Assembly: GCF_001194135.2 (NCBI RefSeq) | Contig: NC_068983.1 | Coordinates: 112,144,850 to 112,202,804 of the forward strand | Direction of reading: 5' to 3' | Source: Octopus bimaculoides | Lineage: Eukaryota | Length of the DNA: 57,955 bases | In this document: positions 11,560 to 25,245 of the stretch, one piece after another | Numbering within the stretch: the stretch's first letter is position 1 | Layout: every line of letters begins with the position of its first letter | Translations under genes and position numbers: made by a program | The notes under the pieces: model-generated | Database searches by the model: none | What the model saw: the letters and a program-made list of their open reading frames with translations, nothing else | What the model was told of the DNA's origin: nothing

Positions 11560-12030
11560 TTTCTCTCATCATCACCATTATCACCATCATCATTGAACAT
11601 CCATTGTCCATGCTGGTATGAGTCAGACAGTTTCACCAGGGCTGGCAAGCTGGAAGGCTGCACCAGACTCCATTCTGATTTGGTATGGTGTCAACGGCTG
11701 GATGCCCTTCCTAATGCTAACCACTCCAAGAGTGTAATGGGTGCTTTTATGTGCCACCGGCATGGATGCCATTTGCATGACACCAGTATCTGCCACAACT
11801 GCGATTTTATTCGGCTTGATGGATCTTCTTCTCAAACACAGCATAATGCCAAAGGTCTTGGTCATTCGTCATTGCCTCCGTGAGGCCCAACACTCAAAAT
11901 GTGCTTTTCACATGCCACCAGTATCGGCCACTTTCCCTCCATGAGGCCCAACACTCAAAAGCTGCTTTTTATGTGTCACTAGCACAAGTGCCAGTTATGT
12001 GACACCAGCATCAGCCACAACTGTGATTTC
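11560..12030 (-). mobile_element. RTE-derived 3' UTR/tail with internal tandem subrepeats
   Basis: (CAT)n start; gctggatgcccttcctaatgctaaccactcc; repeated ggcccaacactcaaaa and caccag.atc.gccacaactg.gattt units. Confidence 0.75.
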
Positions 12031-12089
12031 ACACAACCACACAACCATGTCCGTACCTAACCACCACAACTATTACTACTACTACTACT

Positions 12090-12580
12090 ACTTCATGAAC
12101 TGTACTTTTAGAAACTTCCAATTCTTCTGCAAGTTCTCTAGTCGTGATATTTGAATTTTCTTTGATTTTTGTCTTCAAAATATCTTTAATCCAAATTTGA
12201 AGGTCTTCCACTGTAACTATCATTTTCCAAGATAAACTTTCCAGCTTTAAATTTTGCAAACCACCTTTGAACAGCTGATTCACCTGCAGCATCATCACAA
12301 TAAACTTCACAAATGTTTTTGCAAATTTTTGCATCATTTTCTCCTTTTTTAAAAAAGAAAAGCATTACAAAACAAATATGAAATTTTTGGTTATCTATTT
12401 CAAATATCAATAAAGGGTAACTGGAATAAAAGATAAATCTGTTTTTATTCAGAAACAAAGAAGAGATGCACAACCACTTCAAGCAATGCCAAAGTTTTAA
12501 CTGTGTTACATTTCAGGTATGTTCAATAAAGTGTTCAAAGATTTAGCTTAAAAATGCTCAGAACTTTCTGGACAACATAA
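12090..12580 (-). mobile_element. Mariner 5' fragment (TIR plus transposase N-terminus)
   Basis: TIR ttatgttgtccagaaagttctgagc next to TA at 12581; MLFFFKKGEN...VQRWFAKFKAG...YSGRP...ITTRELAEEL. Confidence 0.85.
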
Positions 12581-13020
12581 TATTATTCACAAGACATTTG
12601 AGTAGGATGGGTTGTCTGTTTCCTTTATCTGTGTATTGATTATGTCTTTCTGTAGTTGAAGTGTTAAGATCATCATTATTCCATTGAAACATGCTTTGAA
12701 ATCCTCTGTTCATAGACTCAGTGCCTATTTGTAATTATCATCATTCTATGATTGTCTCCATTTGCATATAATTGATATATCATTCAAATGTTGAAAGCTG
12801 CCTTACCCTAACTGTTAAAGGTCTTATTCCTCAGAAGAGTCAACTCCAAAATGCCAGTGTGGATAACATTAGTTAGCGTAGAGCTTTTGATGGCCTCCTT
12901 GGTTGGTGGGGATGGCGACAGAGAAAGATATTTGAAAATGGAAACTTGTGTTGATGTATCTCAGTCGTGTGTAAAGTTATTAATTTTATGCTATGAGGGC
13001 AAAGAATTCACTAGCACTCA

Positions 13021-13280
13021 ACAATGAAGGTGCCAGTTGATCCAACAAATGGAACAACCTGCTTGTGAAATTAATGTGCAAGTGGCTGAGCGGTGTACAG
13101 ATACCTCTACCCTTAATATAGTTCTCAGGGAGATACAGTGTGACACAGAATATAGCAAGGCTGACCCTTTGAAATATAGGTACTTATACATTTTTACCAG
13201 CTCAGTGTACATGAAATGAAGTGTCTTGCCAGGTGACTCATGGCTATAATCATGAGCTGAATAGCCCAACCACTCAGCTA
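13021..13280 (-). mobile_element. tRNA-derived SINE (family A), degenerate
   Basis: gtgaaattaatgtgcaagtggctgag...acccttaa..tagttctcagggaga..cag.gtgacacag shared with 5725. Confidence 0.8.
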
Positions 13281-13341
13281 TGATCTTTTATAAACACACA
13301 CACACATACATATATGTGTGTCTGTGTGTGTATATATTATG

Positions 13342-13390
<49 letters not shown>

Positions 13391-13421
13391 CTATGTGTGT
13401 GTGTGTGTGTAATATAATATA

Positions 13422-14477
13422 CAGGGTAAATTGTCAGCATTTCATATGTTTAATTTCACGCATGCACAGTTTGTTTTTGATTTTGTCGACAACACAGTAG
13501 AGTAGGATCAGTTGGGCACCATCTGTGAGAAAAACAGCACCATGATGTAATTCACTCATCCAGAAATCTGGAAACAACATGCTGTACTGCTTGACATTCG
13601 CACTGGAAGCTCCAATACAAACATTTCAGAGAGTTTGTGTGTCAATCTGAGGACAGTGCAGAGGATTTGGAAAGAGTTGGATGAGTCTAAAGGTGATTAC
13701 AAAGGTATGGCAGTTTGGAAAACTAACTTTGATCATTCTGATAAGAAAAGAACACCTGAATTTGTTGGTGAGATCCAGGCCATGATTGACAATGATTCCT
13801 TTCTGCCAGGATCAGATGGGGAACACACAGAACAACCATTGGCTTACCATGTCTCCAAAACATGTACTGAGAGTGATAAAAATCAAACATCCAATCAACA
13901 TCATGGTATTTGGAGTGATCACTAGTGATGGCGATATTATGCTTCCATTCATCTTCCCACATAGCCTCAGACTCAACACAGTGGCCTACATCAAATGCCT
14001 GGAAGAGGTAGTGCTGCCCTGGGTCAAGAGAGTGACTTCTGGAAGACCCTATGTCTGGCAATAGGACTTTGCACGATGCCACACAAGCAGGGACACCCAG
14101 TCATGGCTGTCAGACAATTTCTGTGACCACATCACCCCTAATATCCGGCCCCCTAACTCCTCAGACTGCAACCCCTTTGATTATTATGTGTGGGGTGCAA
14201 TTGAGTGAGAGACCAACAAAACTCCTTGTTTTACCAAAGATGAACTGAAGGCAAGGATTATGGCAGTATTCACCAATTTAAACAAGGATACCACCTAGAA
14301 GAGTTGCAGGAGATTCCGAAATCGTCTGGAGGCTATGATTGAAGCCAGTGGCAATTTTGCTAAATAAATTTACTCTTTAGTATTTCAAGATTTTGGTAAA
14401 TATATCTGTTAAAATGAGTTGTCAGTGTTATTTTTATTTTTGCCTAATTTAGACGACAATCTATTTACCCAACACTG
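13422..14477 (+). mobile_element. Tc1/mariner DD37D (maT-type) transposon, internally deleted and dead
   Basis: TA|CAG...CTG|TA ends; IMVFGVITSDG...YVWQ*D followed by 37 residues to the NPFD aspartate; YVWG; RLEAMIEASG. Confidence 0.85.
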
Positions 14478-15456
14478 TATATATGATGTATGTTATGCCA
14501 CACACAACCTCTTGATACCACCAACAGGCTCCAACAGTCAGTGTGTGATAGCTCAGAAGACTGTTGGCAAGCTCAGCAAATCAGCTTGCTTAGAACAGAA
14601 GAAGCAGTAGTTAAAGAAGTCAGAAGAGTTGAAAATAACAAACAAAACCATTGAGCATAACCAAAATAAAAGAACTTTAATTAAAAGGGAATAAACATTT
14701 ATGAAATAAATAGACAGTTCTTTAGAGAATTTTTAAAGAGTTCTTTTACCTCTGAAATGTATAGACTTCGTTTAGTGAGCTCTTCTTTTATTCATTTGTC
14801 TAATGATTTATTTTCTACCATTTTTCTTTTACCTTTTTTTTCGACCAGAATGTTGTTACCTCTGAATTCACATTACCGTTTCACATTCTTTACATTACCT
14901 AGATCACTGTTCACATTAACTACCAAAGCTAACTTCCCCCTCAACACCAAATACTGTGTCAACTGTTCAATATGAAATTGCCCAGCACCATCACACACAT
15001 TGACTGCCTCAGACTGACAGCATGGCACCGACTACTACATAAAACCATTCACATTGGCTTTCAGCACATTACATGTCAATGTCACACGTCGTCTTCCAGT
15101 AGACTTCACCGCCACCTCTTCACATCAGCATCCAGCATGAACTAACTCACCACATGTTAACTAGTAGTCTTTATAGTTAACCCACACAGTAAAAAGCATG
15201 CTAAAATCATGCCACAACAAAGAATTATTTTTTCCGTCTTCACTTACAAAACCAGAGAGCGATGTTCTAATTCGTGTTGTATGAATGAGAAATTATCTGA
15301 ATATAATTTTTCGTTTGTAACAATATATATATATAATATATATACATATATGATATGTGTAGGTGTGAATATATCATCTCTTTTGATAAATCATGTAATT
15401 ATGTGTTTGCACAAAATAATCTGTGAAGGTGCATGTGTGAGTGAGTGAGTGACTCT

Positions 15457-15491
<35 letters not shown>

Positions 15492-17049
15492 GTTTCATTC
15501 ATATATACTGAGGTCCACATTTATCTTCATTTTGAAGACACAGTTGACAATAACTTTTGCTGAAGACATGATAATGGTTATTGAAGAGTTGCTGTATATA
15601 TTCAATCACTGATGAAATCAAATTATCATATATTTCCTCAGAAGGTGATAGAATATATTTGCTAATAGCATTTTAGGTGCACTTAATCATATTTATCCTT
15701 GCCTGACTATGATTAGTGTAGGTTATGACTTTGAATAAGTTTTCATACCATGGTGAGATTTGAAACCTGACATTTTGGGGTTGACTTTTCTGAGGAATAA
15801 GACCTTTAACAATTAGGGTAAGGCAGCTTTCAACATTTGAATGATATATCAGTTATATGCGAATGGAGACAATCATTGAATAATGATAATTACAAATAGT
15901 TATTTCTTATATTGGCACAAAACCATACAATTGTAAGACAGTAGTATAGTCGACTGAAACAACTCGAGTACATGTATGTTTTTTTATTTATTTATTTATT
16001 TGTTTGTTTATTTATTTTGTCAAATATAGTGAGATGAACAGCAAAATTGACTCCAATGAGATTTCACCTTCAGACATCAATGCACAAAACAAAATACATG
16101 ACACGTAATTCTACCATTTTCACTACCCCCGCAGTCTTAGAAAGATATGTGTTAAAAACAGTACAAGAGAAAATTTAGAAATGAATACAAGAAAGAAAAT
16201 TGTAAGCCTGACTTGTAATGAAAAATATGCAAAAGATTCCAGAAACATATGACAGTGTTATAACTTGACCTGACCTACAATGTTTTAGAGCCAAAATAAC
16301 TTCTGACTTGTATATTTAGAGAAACATGAAAGAAGGAGTCCGGTGAAAATATCACGAAGAATGTAGTAATCAGACATAACCCTTCTTAGAGTAAAATTAA
16401 CAGAAGGAGAATAAAAGAAAGGTAGCAGAATTTTTATATTCTCTATATTTGAAAAACTGGCTGTAACTGATGAAAAACACAAGACAATATAAGGTTCATA
16501 TGCAGACTGGAAGTAATACAAGAGAAAAACTGAGAGGGAGAAAAAAAGTGAAATGGAAAGAGAAAGAGAAGTGGGTGGAGTTTTGGTGCAGGAAAACACT
16601 GAGGTGAGAGAAAAGCCAAAGGATAAAATGAGATTTTTAAATAATAGTCTCCTCAACTAGAATTAAAGATATCCAGTGGTAAGAATAGCAATTCTTTCCA
16701 TTCGTGTTGCATTGCACATAAGCTTATTTCAGGACAATACCAATAACTGACAGTTTTTCTGAAAAAAGTTTGCTAGTTCCTTGCTCAAACATTCTCTCTC
16801 TGTTTTGGAAGATAGGGAGAGTGCATATGACTCCACTCCACTCAACCATAAACCTTCTCATAGCTCAATTTAACCAACTTAGAGAGCTTACATATTTTAC
16901 CAGAAACTTTCTTTAAAGTCAAAAATTTGTAGCGCCATGGGATGCTACAAATGGTGTGAGAGTAGACTACAGGCAGATAATTCCTGTGGGAAGAAATCTG
17001 GTCATTCAGGCTGGGGTATGGGGAAAGACTTTGTGGATATGTGTTTGTC

Positions 17050-17395
17050 TTTGATGCAACATGCGATACTGGAAGCAATAAAGACTCCTTTTGGTCATGA
17101 ATGACCATGGAATTACTCCCAGAAAGTTCCCTTCTAAGGCATAAATCCAGGCAAGGTTGTTTTATAGAAGACCAGTAGTTGCCTTGCAAAATAGTCTTTT
17201 TTCTCCATGCCAACGATGTTATCCAAGGGAAAGGCTAAGGTCAATACAGCTTTGCACCAGTGACATTACAATTCATGAATGAATGAACTGGTCTTGCTCA
17301 TGTGTCTTGCTCAAGCACACAAAACACAGCTTGATTCAGGATTTGAACTCTTTACCACGTGATTGTGAGCCCAATGATTTAACCACTGAGCCATG
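17050..17395 (-). mobile_element. tRNA-derived SINE (family A-like head, different body)
   Basis: gtcttgctcaagcacacaa...gatttgaactc...ttaaccactgagccatg is the reverse complement of a tRNA-like head. Confidence 0.7.
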
Positions 17396-18310
17396 TGCAA
17401 TATTGCATGCATATAAGAGCATAGGTGGCACAGTGCTATTGAAGAGTCTGGCACCTATTGTCTTGTCCAGCTTTGCTTTGAGCACGTCCTTCATTAAGGC
17501 AAATACTTCAGTCAGAGAGAGGGAAGGTATGAGAGGGAGGTTGAAAGAAGGAGGGAGAGAGAGGGAGAGGAAGATGTGTGAGATATCGACTCCATTACTT
17601 GGCTTCTGCTTAATTTATTAACACTGAAAGTTTGAAAAACAAAGTTACCTTCAACAGAAACTTGGTATTGAACTCAGAGTACAGCCAGCCAGAAGAAATA
17701 CCACAAATATCTGTCCTAATAACTCTGCAACTTCATTGCCTACATCATAAAATGTATTGGCCATTTTGTTATACTGTTTCAATCTATGTGTGCTTCATCA
17801 TTTAACATATATATAAAAAAAAGCACTGATATTAAGATAAATACGATGCTGACAAGACCAGATTGAAAATGTTGATTAACTGCTGGTCAAGTGAACAAAA
17901 CTGGTAAATAGTGAAAAGCTCTAAATATGGATTGTCAAGAAACAGCTTGATTCTTGTCAATGAATTGATTGATTTTCTGTAAGATTGGCAACTATTTTAT
18001 TGCATTAGCATTGATCTTAGTACAGCTATTAGCAGAGAGTGTTCTGTCTGAAGACAAACACAGTATAACATTCCTGTAAAGATGAGCACCTTATTAAATT
18101 CCCCATGATGGAATCATCCATTATACTGCATATATTTGCTGAATGCTAGGACATAACCTATTTTAGATAATAATTGTTGATGTACAAAATTGGAGAAAGT
18201 CTGTGACTTTGAAGTTAGGACACAATTTATTTTAGACTGTAGCATGGAAAGAATGTCATCAAATGTAAGAGTGATATATTGATGAGATAAAAACCCCAGG
18301 TTGTCTTCGG

Positions 18311-18475
18311 GGGCAGGCACAGCTGTATGGTAAGAAGCTTGCTTCCCAACCACATGGGTTCAGGTTCAGTCCCATTGCATGGCACTTTGGGCAAGTGCCT
18401 TCTACTATAGCCCCAAGGTGAACCAAGACTTGTGAGTGGATTTCAAAGATGAAGATAGAAAGGAGTCTGTCACAA

Positions 18476-18508
<33 letters not shown>

Positions 18509-18730
18509 TGTGTGTGTGCGCGTTCGTGTTTGCCCACTACCACCAGTTGGCAACCGGTGTTGGCGTGCTTACATCCCTGTAGCTTAGCAGTATGGCAAAC
18601 AGAGACCAACAGAATAATTACCAGGCTTAAAAATAATTACTGGAGTCAATTTTTTTGTTTAAATCTTTTAAGGCACTGCCCCAGCATGGTCACAGTCCAG
18701 TGACTGAAGTAAGGAAAACATAAAAGGTAA
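18311..18730 (+). mobile_element. SINE family B with internal (TG)n
   Basis: Head and tail match 10185-10618. Confidence 0.85.
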
Positions 18731-20569
18731 AATATCAAATATAAGCTAATTACATTGCCTCACCTCAGGTCAATATACACCACTTGACCTTTGAGTATGT
18801 TTAGCAGTGGCCACTTGGTTTCAAGACTTCAGGTTTGGTCTTCTGTCTCAGAATAACTTCTTCCCATCAGTCTTGGAGACTCCAAAAAGAAGATATTGAG
18901 TTCTAACCTTCCTATTCACACTAAGTTACATAAAATCAAAATAGATAAATAAAACATACTTGTAGTTGTTTAAATCATGACTTTACCATTTCTGCTGCCA
19001 TCTTCTTTTTTGGTGAGACTGACAACTAGATTTTCACAGCACAATCTCTGCCCAGTTTCTAGCTAAATTTCCTTTTTTTTTTTTTTTTTTTTCACATTTT
19101 TAACAGGATAATGTTGATATTGATAATGCTAATATGGATGATATTGCATTTAGCTTCTGTTTCTGCGAAGACATTTTGCCCTTTTTCATTATTTTTTTTT
19201 TAAGAAATGCAATGACTATAAACAAGTTTTGATATCTAGGCTATATCTCTACTCAGAAATCACTGACAGCTTAGAAAGCAGCTATGATAGCAGTAACGGC
19301 AACAGTTATTTTTTTTTTTTTGTCTTTTTGATGTTTTATCTTTTTTGCTAACTTCTTATTTTTCACTTTCATCTCTGTTATAATATTCTTTATCAATTTT
19401 TCTTTTCTTTTTTTTTTATTAGAGGAAATGTTGGCCGTTTCAACAGGTGATACCAGTGAGGCATGTTCAATTTGAACATTTTTATATCAATATGTGCTGA
19501 AGAAATTGAGCAGAGAATAGGTAGAGAGTAAGTTCTACAGGTTACAGTTTTGTTTGAGCTGTCTATGGAAACATACGTTGCAATTTATCTCAATTTATGG
19601 AAACATAATGTCGAATATATTTTTCACAGATTATGATTGTAAACAAACTATGTTTTTCACATAGAAAGAGAAAAATTGAAGAGTTTAACAAGGATGTGTA
19701 CTAGCTCTGTAATTTACTGTTGTAATGGAAGAGACAATGTCAAGACCAGTAGTTTTATTGGTTTGGAGAATTAGAAGATTTTTACACTAAGTTGTGTCTA
19801 AATAGTAGTGAGAAGGTGGAATAAAAATGTAAGGCTTGAGAGGAGCTTTGTTGGAGAGTTCTACTCTGGAGCTACAAGCAAAGTGAGCAATAGATGTGAT
19901 GACTTTAACATCTGAATTCCCTGGTACATGGAGTAAGCCAAGTGGTAAGAACTCTAATAGTTTTTTGCAGCTTGAACCACTATAAGGAATTTGGTATCCA
20001 CCAATTTAGCAACACATGTACTTATCTAAAACAGCTACATAGATAACCAATTGAAACTATACTTCTAGTTATGTCTTTGCAATATATTTCTTGCAGCCGA
20101 AGTCCACAATTCCCTGAGTGATTTATTTACAGCTATGACGCAGTATGGTAAATATCACCTATCACCATAAAATGACAGTTGTCTGTCTATCACTGTAATA
20201 TACTAACCAAAGCTAGCATGGAATATTCTCTGTAGTCATATGCTTTGCTTGAAGTAGCTGCTGAATCTCCCTTAAATCACACTGTACCATTTTTAATAAA
20301 GAAGGATATATGAAACAATATAATCCCTGGTATACAAAAAAAAAAATAAAGATGGGATGGCTATGGTTAGAATATCTATGGTCATAGAATTTCCTGATCA
20401 GCATTGACCTGGTGTTAAATAAAAATAACAATAAAAGCACAGAACCACCAGGATAGAAAAGATGGTTATGTACACTCCATAATTTGTGAGATTTTATGTC
20501 TCACACAGCAGAACTTTCTGGTTTTCTGCTTAGAGAGTCTTCTTCACTAGCTTTGTTAAAATCTTTGCT

Positions 20570-21400
20570 GGTTTTTCTTAACCAAGATATTATTGTTGTT
20601 GTTGCATTAGGGCAGTGAGGTAGGGAGTAGAACCGAAGGAAGTGGCTTTATGCCAGGTGATGAGACAGTAAGAATGATAAGGGGACTGGAACAGATGTCT
20701 TGATGTAAGGGAGATACACAATTACTCCAGTTGAAAGAGAAAGAGTATGAGGGTGAAGATGGTCAGGACGTACCTTCAAGTAGCAGGAAGGTGTATAAAG
20801 GGAAGTGGTGTGGGTGGGTATGCAAGGCGATGGGAGAGTGAGAGGTAACAGGCAGATGGGTAGAGGGAGATGCAGTGAGTGGTGGACACTGGTGGAAACA
20901 AGGTCAATGATGAGTATCTTTCGGAGGGGAAGGTGGAGGGAGTAAATGTGTATCAGGGAGGTTATAGGTGGAAACTACGATGATGTGAGATGAATGGGGA
21001 TGGTGTGTGAAAGGGATGCACAGTGCTAGGAACAAAGTTAGAGGCACATGAGGGTGAAAATGGTTGAAGACAGACAGCAGTAATGGGCGAGATGGCTGCT
21101 GTTGGCAAAACGTGGGGCTGAAGAGGAAAGGTGAAGAAGGTGTTCAGCAGAAATAAGGAAGTAAAGGATGATAGCAAGGGAGGGTGAGCATTGGGAACGA
21201 AATAGGTGGGGTTCTGCTTTCATAATTAAAGCAGCTGAGTGGATAATTCTGTAATTCGAAGAATGATGGAGAGGTAGATGCTAGAAAGATGAGTTACAGG
21301 AGGGAATGGTGACAGAATAAGGAAAAGATCATCAGGGATAGATTGGTTGCAGAGAATAGACATTGGGGACATGCTTTTACCTGGGTACTCTTGGTAATTA
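20570..21400 (-). mobile_element. Pyrimidine-rich RTE 3' UTR remnant (purine-rich on +)
   Basis: Reverse complement tgtgtatctcccttacatcaagaca...ctgtctcatcacctgg resembles the segments near 43700 and 55040. Confidence 0.45.
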
Positions 21401-21728
21401 CTGTCCCAGTGCACCTGCTACATATGAAATCTACTTTCTCAGTTTATCTATCCCACTGCAGCTTTCATGTGTCCATATTTTATACTGAGCCCACTTTACA
21501 CAATTTCTTGGCCAGAAAATGTTTAGAAACAAATTCCTTATGAATGCAGTAGTATCTTACACTATGTCTTTCTCACTTGTTTACAACTACTTTTTAAAAT
21601 GTACAAATTTCTTTTCTGCACACAGAACATGGCCATTTCCCTAATTCGAAGAGTCCTGTTTTATTTCCCTAATTCGAAGAGTCCTGTTTTCTTTCCCACT
21701 TACTAAAACTGTATTTTCCTAAGTTTAT

Positions 21729-21950
21729 TTAAACCTTTTGGTATTCAGATTACTTTGTCAAATATAATGTTTATTTAATCACATCATTTTGAATTAATCC
21801 TGTTATTATTTTATAGCTTTAAGACTTCAAAAATGTGATTATATATTTTTGGAATAACATTGTTGGGTAGGTGTGAGAGGCCAGTTACAGCCAGTTTGAG
21901 CATAAGACAAGTAGTATATTCAAGCTGGATATGGCTGATTCAAATGCTAA
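21729..21950. mobile_element. piggyBac-like MITE remnant
   Basis: ttaaaccttttggtattcagattac start resembles TTAA|CCCTTT ends; right end aaatgctaaa truncated by the adjacent RTE. Confidence 0.45.
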
Positions 21951-21954
21951 ACAT

Positions 21955-22390
21955 CATCTGCACTGGCTTGGTCATGTACATCGCATGCTGGACAGGAGGA
22001 TCCCAAAAGACCTCCTATATGAGTAATTGGCCACCGACAAAAGAGCACAAAGAGGACCTCAACTTTGTGTCAAGGATGTCTATTAGAGAGATATGAAATC
22101 ACTTGATCTGAACATCCTGAGAAAGGAGGAGGTCGCAAATGATTTCCCATGCTGGAGGCAAATATTGTGAAAGGGATGAAGTGAGAGGAAGAAAAACAGG
22201 AATTCACCACCAAGAAAAACATGCTCGACAGAAAGACAAACCAGTAGTGCCAGCAGAGACCTCTTTCAAATGACTGCCACTCCTGTGTGGGCCTCTACAG
22301 CCACAAAAAAGGCTGCACCACCATTAGCAACTGACACAGTTTCTTCGGGCACAAATCCATGGCCTCTTGAGACCAATGGATGCCTATTAC
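21955..22390 (+). mobile_element. BovB-like RTE 3' end
   Basis: LHWLGHVHRMLDRRIPKDLLYE*LATDKRAQRGPQLCVKDV..RDMKSLD...GLYSHKKGC; tail atccatggcctcttgagacc...gcctattactact. Confidence 0.8.
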
Positions 22391-22534
22391 TACTGTGCTT
22401 TCAAAGACATCTAGAATTTTTTTTTAAATCCCTTACTTGAAAAAACAAGTATGGTTGGTGACAGAAATAACATCTATGCTAGACATGTCGCAATAACTTC
22501 TTGTCTAGCATAGAAAACCTGATGTTAAAATGTG

Positions 22535-22576
<42 letters not shown>

Positions 22577-23895
22577 CGCATGTGTGTGCATGATTGGGAA
22601 TATGTGTGCATGAGTTTGTGTTTCCCTCTTTGCGACTTGATATGGTTTACAACTGCTTTTAAAACACACCCAGCTGTAGAGTGACTCATCATTTGAAAAT
22701 GTGGATGAATAAGTATCTTACTAGCAAATAAGTGTTGGCTACAGGAAAAGCATTCAGCTATAGAAAACTCTGCCTTAATAAGTCTTATCTAATTCATGTT
22801 GGCATCGGCAAAATAGTCATCAAAATGAAGACACTTTCTCTGCTAAACAACAATGATATAGTTTTTGCTTCAACTCACTGATTTCCTCCTCTACAGAACT
22901 GGGAGAAATAGTTAAGTAGAAAGTAACCTTGTAAAATGCTTTTCAGTGCTTAATTGTATTTTTCCATATTCCAAGATAAATAAAACCTTGTCATAGCTTT
23001 ACTTTTCATCTTTCTAGAATCAATGGAATAAGAGCTAGTAGGCCCAACACATTGCTTACTTTATCGCTACTAACCGGTTCATGTGTACTATTAGCTGTCA
23101 TTTTTCTGTTATAAATCATCCACCAGATATCTATCCACATTTTCCATACAGTCATTGACCTGTAGATGTTCAGGCTGAGAATTGGTTTGGTTCAACTCAA
23201 TCAGTCTCACAAATCTGGGACACTGCCACTTCTTTGATTTACTTACTAAAATGAAAACTGACTATACTATGTTCAACAGTGAAAATTAGCTTTGGACTTC
23301 ATTCCAAGAAATCAATATTTCCTTTCACTACCAAGAAATTTGAGGTGTTTTATACTTTTCTTTTACTAGAAACAACAGAAAGAACAATTGGAATTACCAA
23401 AAGGAACTTTTTACAGGAAATTGAAAATGAACTTCTTTCTTTGGATTTAAGGTCTCCCACATATTTCTAAGTTGTCATTGACAATGAATAACTTTTAATA
23501 AAAGAATTAATGATATGTCTAGGTATGTGTATAATATGGTAAATGTGAGTTTGAAATAGCAATAGATTTATCATATAGTTCTTGTATTTACTTAAGAAGA
23601 AGAACATTCTAAAACAAATCTTGTGTGACTAGAACTGTTACTCTACAGATTAACTGAATAAGCATAGAATTGTTACTATATTGTACAATAAATTTCTAGT
23701 TTTCATCATCACACAGGGAATACAATGAGACCAATTTCTTTGTCTATCTATCTGTCTATCTGTCTGTCTGTCTGTCTATTTGTATACATGTGTGTTCATC
23801 TGTATTTGTATGTGTACATATATTTGCATATGTATGGATAGATTTGAGTACTTAGAAATGTCAGAATTTGTATAAGAATGAATGGCAAGATTTTT

Positions 23896-23958
<63 letters not shown>

Positions 23959-24747
23959 CTCATCACGATGCATTAACAATTGTTGTCAGAAAGTTGTCCT
24001 AGCACATTGGTTAGTTTCTTTATGATCACAACAAATAATCACCTACTGTTTTTTGATTTCAGCTACTAAGAATCTAATTAAAATTATGAGTGTCATATTT
24101 AATTAGTTTCTAATGAACGCTTTCCTTTAAATTATTTTCATTTTTTTTTTCTGTTTTTCTTTCTTTTGTTGCAATGCGTTAAATATACAGGGTGAGGACA
24201 TTATTTAAATTAATTTCTGTCAATGATAAGTACATGCACATTGTTGATTGTTTTTACTTTAGAATCAGTGATGCAGTAGTTTGCTGGTATTATGTATTAT
24301 CAAGTTGTCAGTTCTTTCATTGCAGAAATTCAGCTGGTTGAGTCATGAGGTGGGTGTTAAGTTGTATCATATGAATAACAGACTTTGTAATGTGTCAAGC
24401 ATTGTCTTTAATTGGTAAGTTTTGTTAGGCTGGAGTGTTGAGCTGATGTACTTTCGTGTGACTGAACTATACCAGAGAAGGCTTGATATAAATGAAGTTT
24501 TCCAATGAAAGATACTCTCAAAGCCTGAATTTATCTAGAAATGATTTCTAATGTTAACTGATTGTAAAAGACAAGAAATGGATTTTAATGATATAACACT
24601 GATTGGTTCTGTTGTCAGCATAATGCTTTTAAAAAAAATGTTATGGCTTAAGCAGAGAAGTAAAATAACAATGAACAAGGTCAGCAAAACTAGTCAATAC
24701 TCAGGTCAGACACTCATATAAATACAAGCATCAGAGAAGAGTCAAGG

Positions 24748-24882
24748 GAGAGGTGGTGGTGGTGGTGGTGGTAGTGGTGGTAGTGGTGGTGGTGGTGGCA
24801 GCAGTAGTGGTGGAGGTGGTGGCAGTGGTAGTAGTGGTGGTGGTGTGGTGGTGGTGGTGGTGGTGGTGATGGTGATGGTGTT
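24748..24882. repeat. (GGT)n microsatellite
   Basis: Directly visible. Confidence 0.95.
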
Positions 24883-25195
24883 AAATCAGGTAAGAGATTA
24901 AGTCAATAAAATATGAAANNNNNNNNNNNNNNNNNNNNNNNNNNNNNNNNNNNNNNNNNNNNNNNNNNNNNNNNCATGAGTCGAATAAATACATATTAAG
25001 GTATCATCATCTTACAGTAGAAGATCCTTTCTGTTTCTTAACTGATGAATTATTTTTATTGCAATTAAAGGATTATTTATCTGTTGATAAATGTCACTGA
25101 TGTTGCTTAATACATTCATGCAAGGATGCAGAATGTAAGCATTTATAGTAATACATACATGCACACACACACACACGCACACACACACACAGACG

Positions 25196-25245
<50 letters not shown>

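Larger units (their letters stand above)
12725..15899. repeat. 133-bp inverted repeat pair (12725-12857 and 15767-15899)
   Basis: Manual alignment: 8 substitutions and no indels over 133 bp. Confidence 0.95.

Noticed and set aside
16135-16201. Exon-like LERYVLKTVQEKILEMNTRKK
   Set aside because: Only 30 nt from another candidate, phase-incompatible with it, and no recognisable homology
19111-19203. Signal-peptide-like MLILIMLIWMILHLASVSA after a strong acceptor
   Set aside because: Stops after 30 codons with no donor; looks like a decayed trinucleotide repeat
21635-21690. 28-bp tandem duplication
   Set aside because: Only two units; ordinary slippage duplication, not a CRISPR-like array
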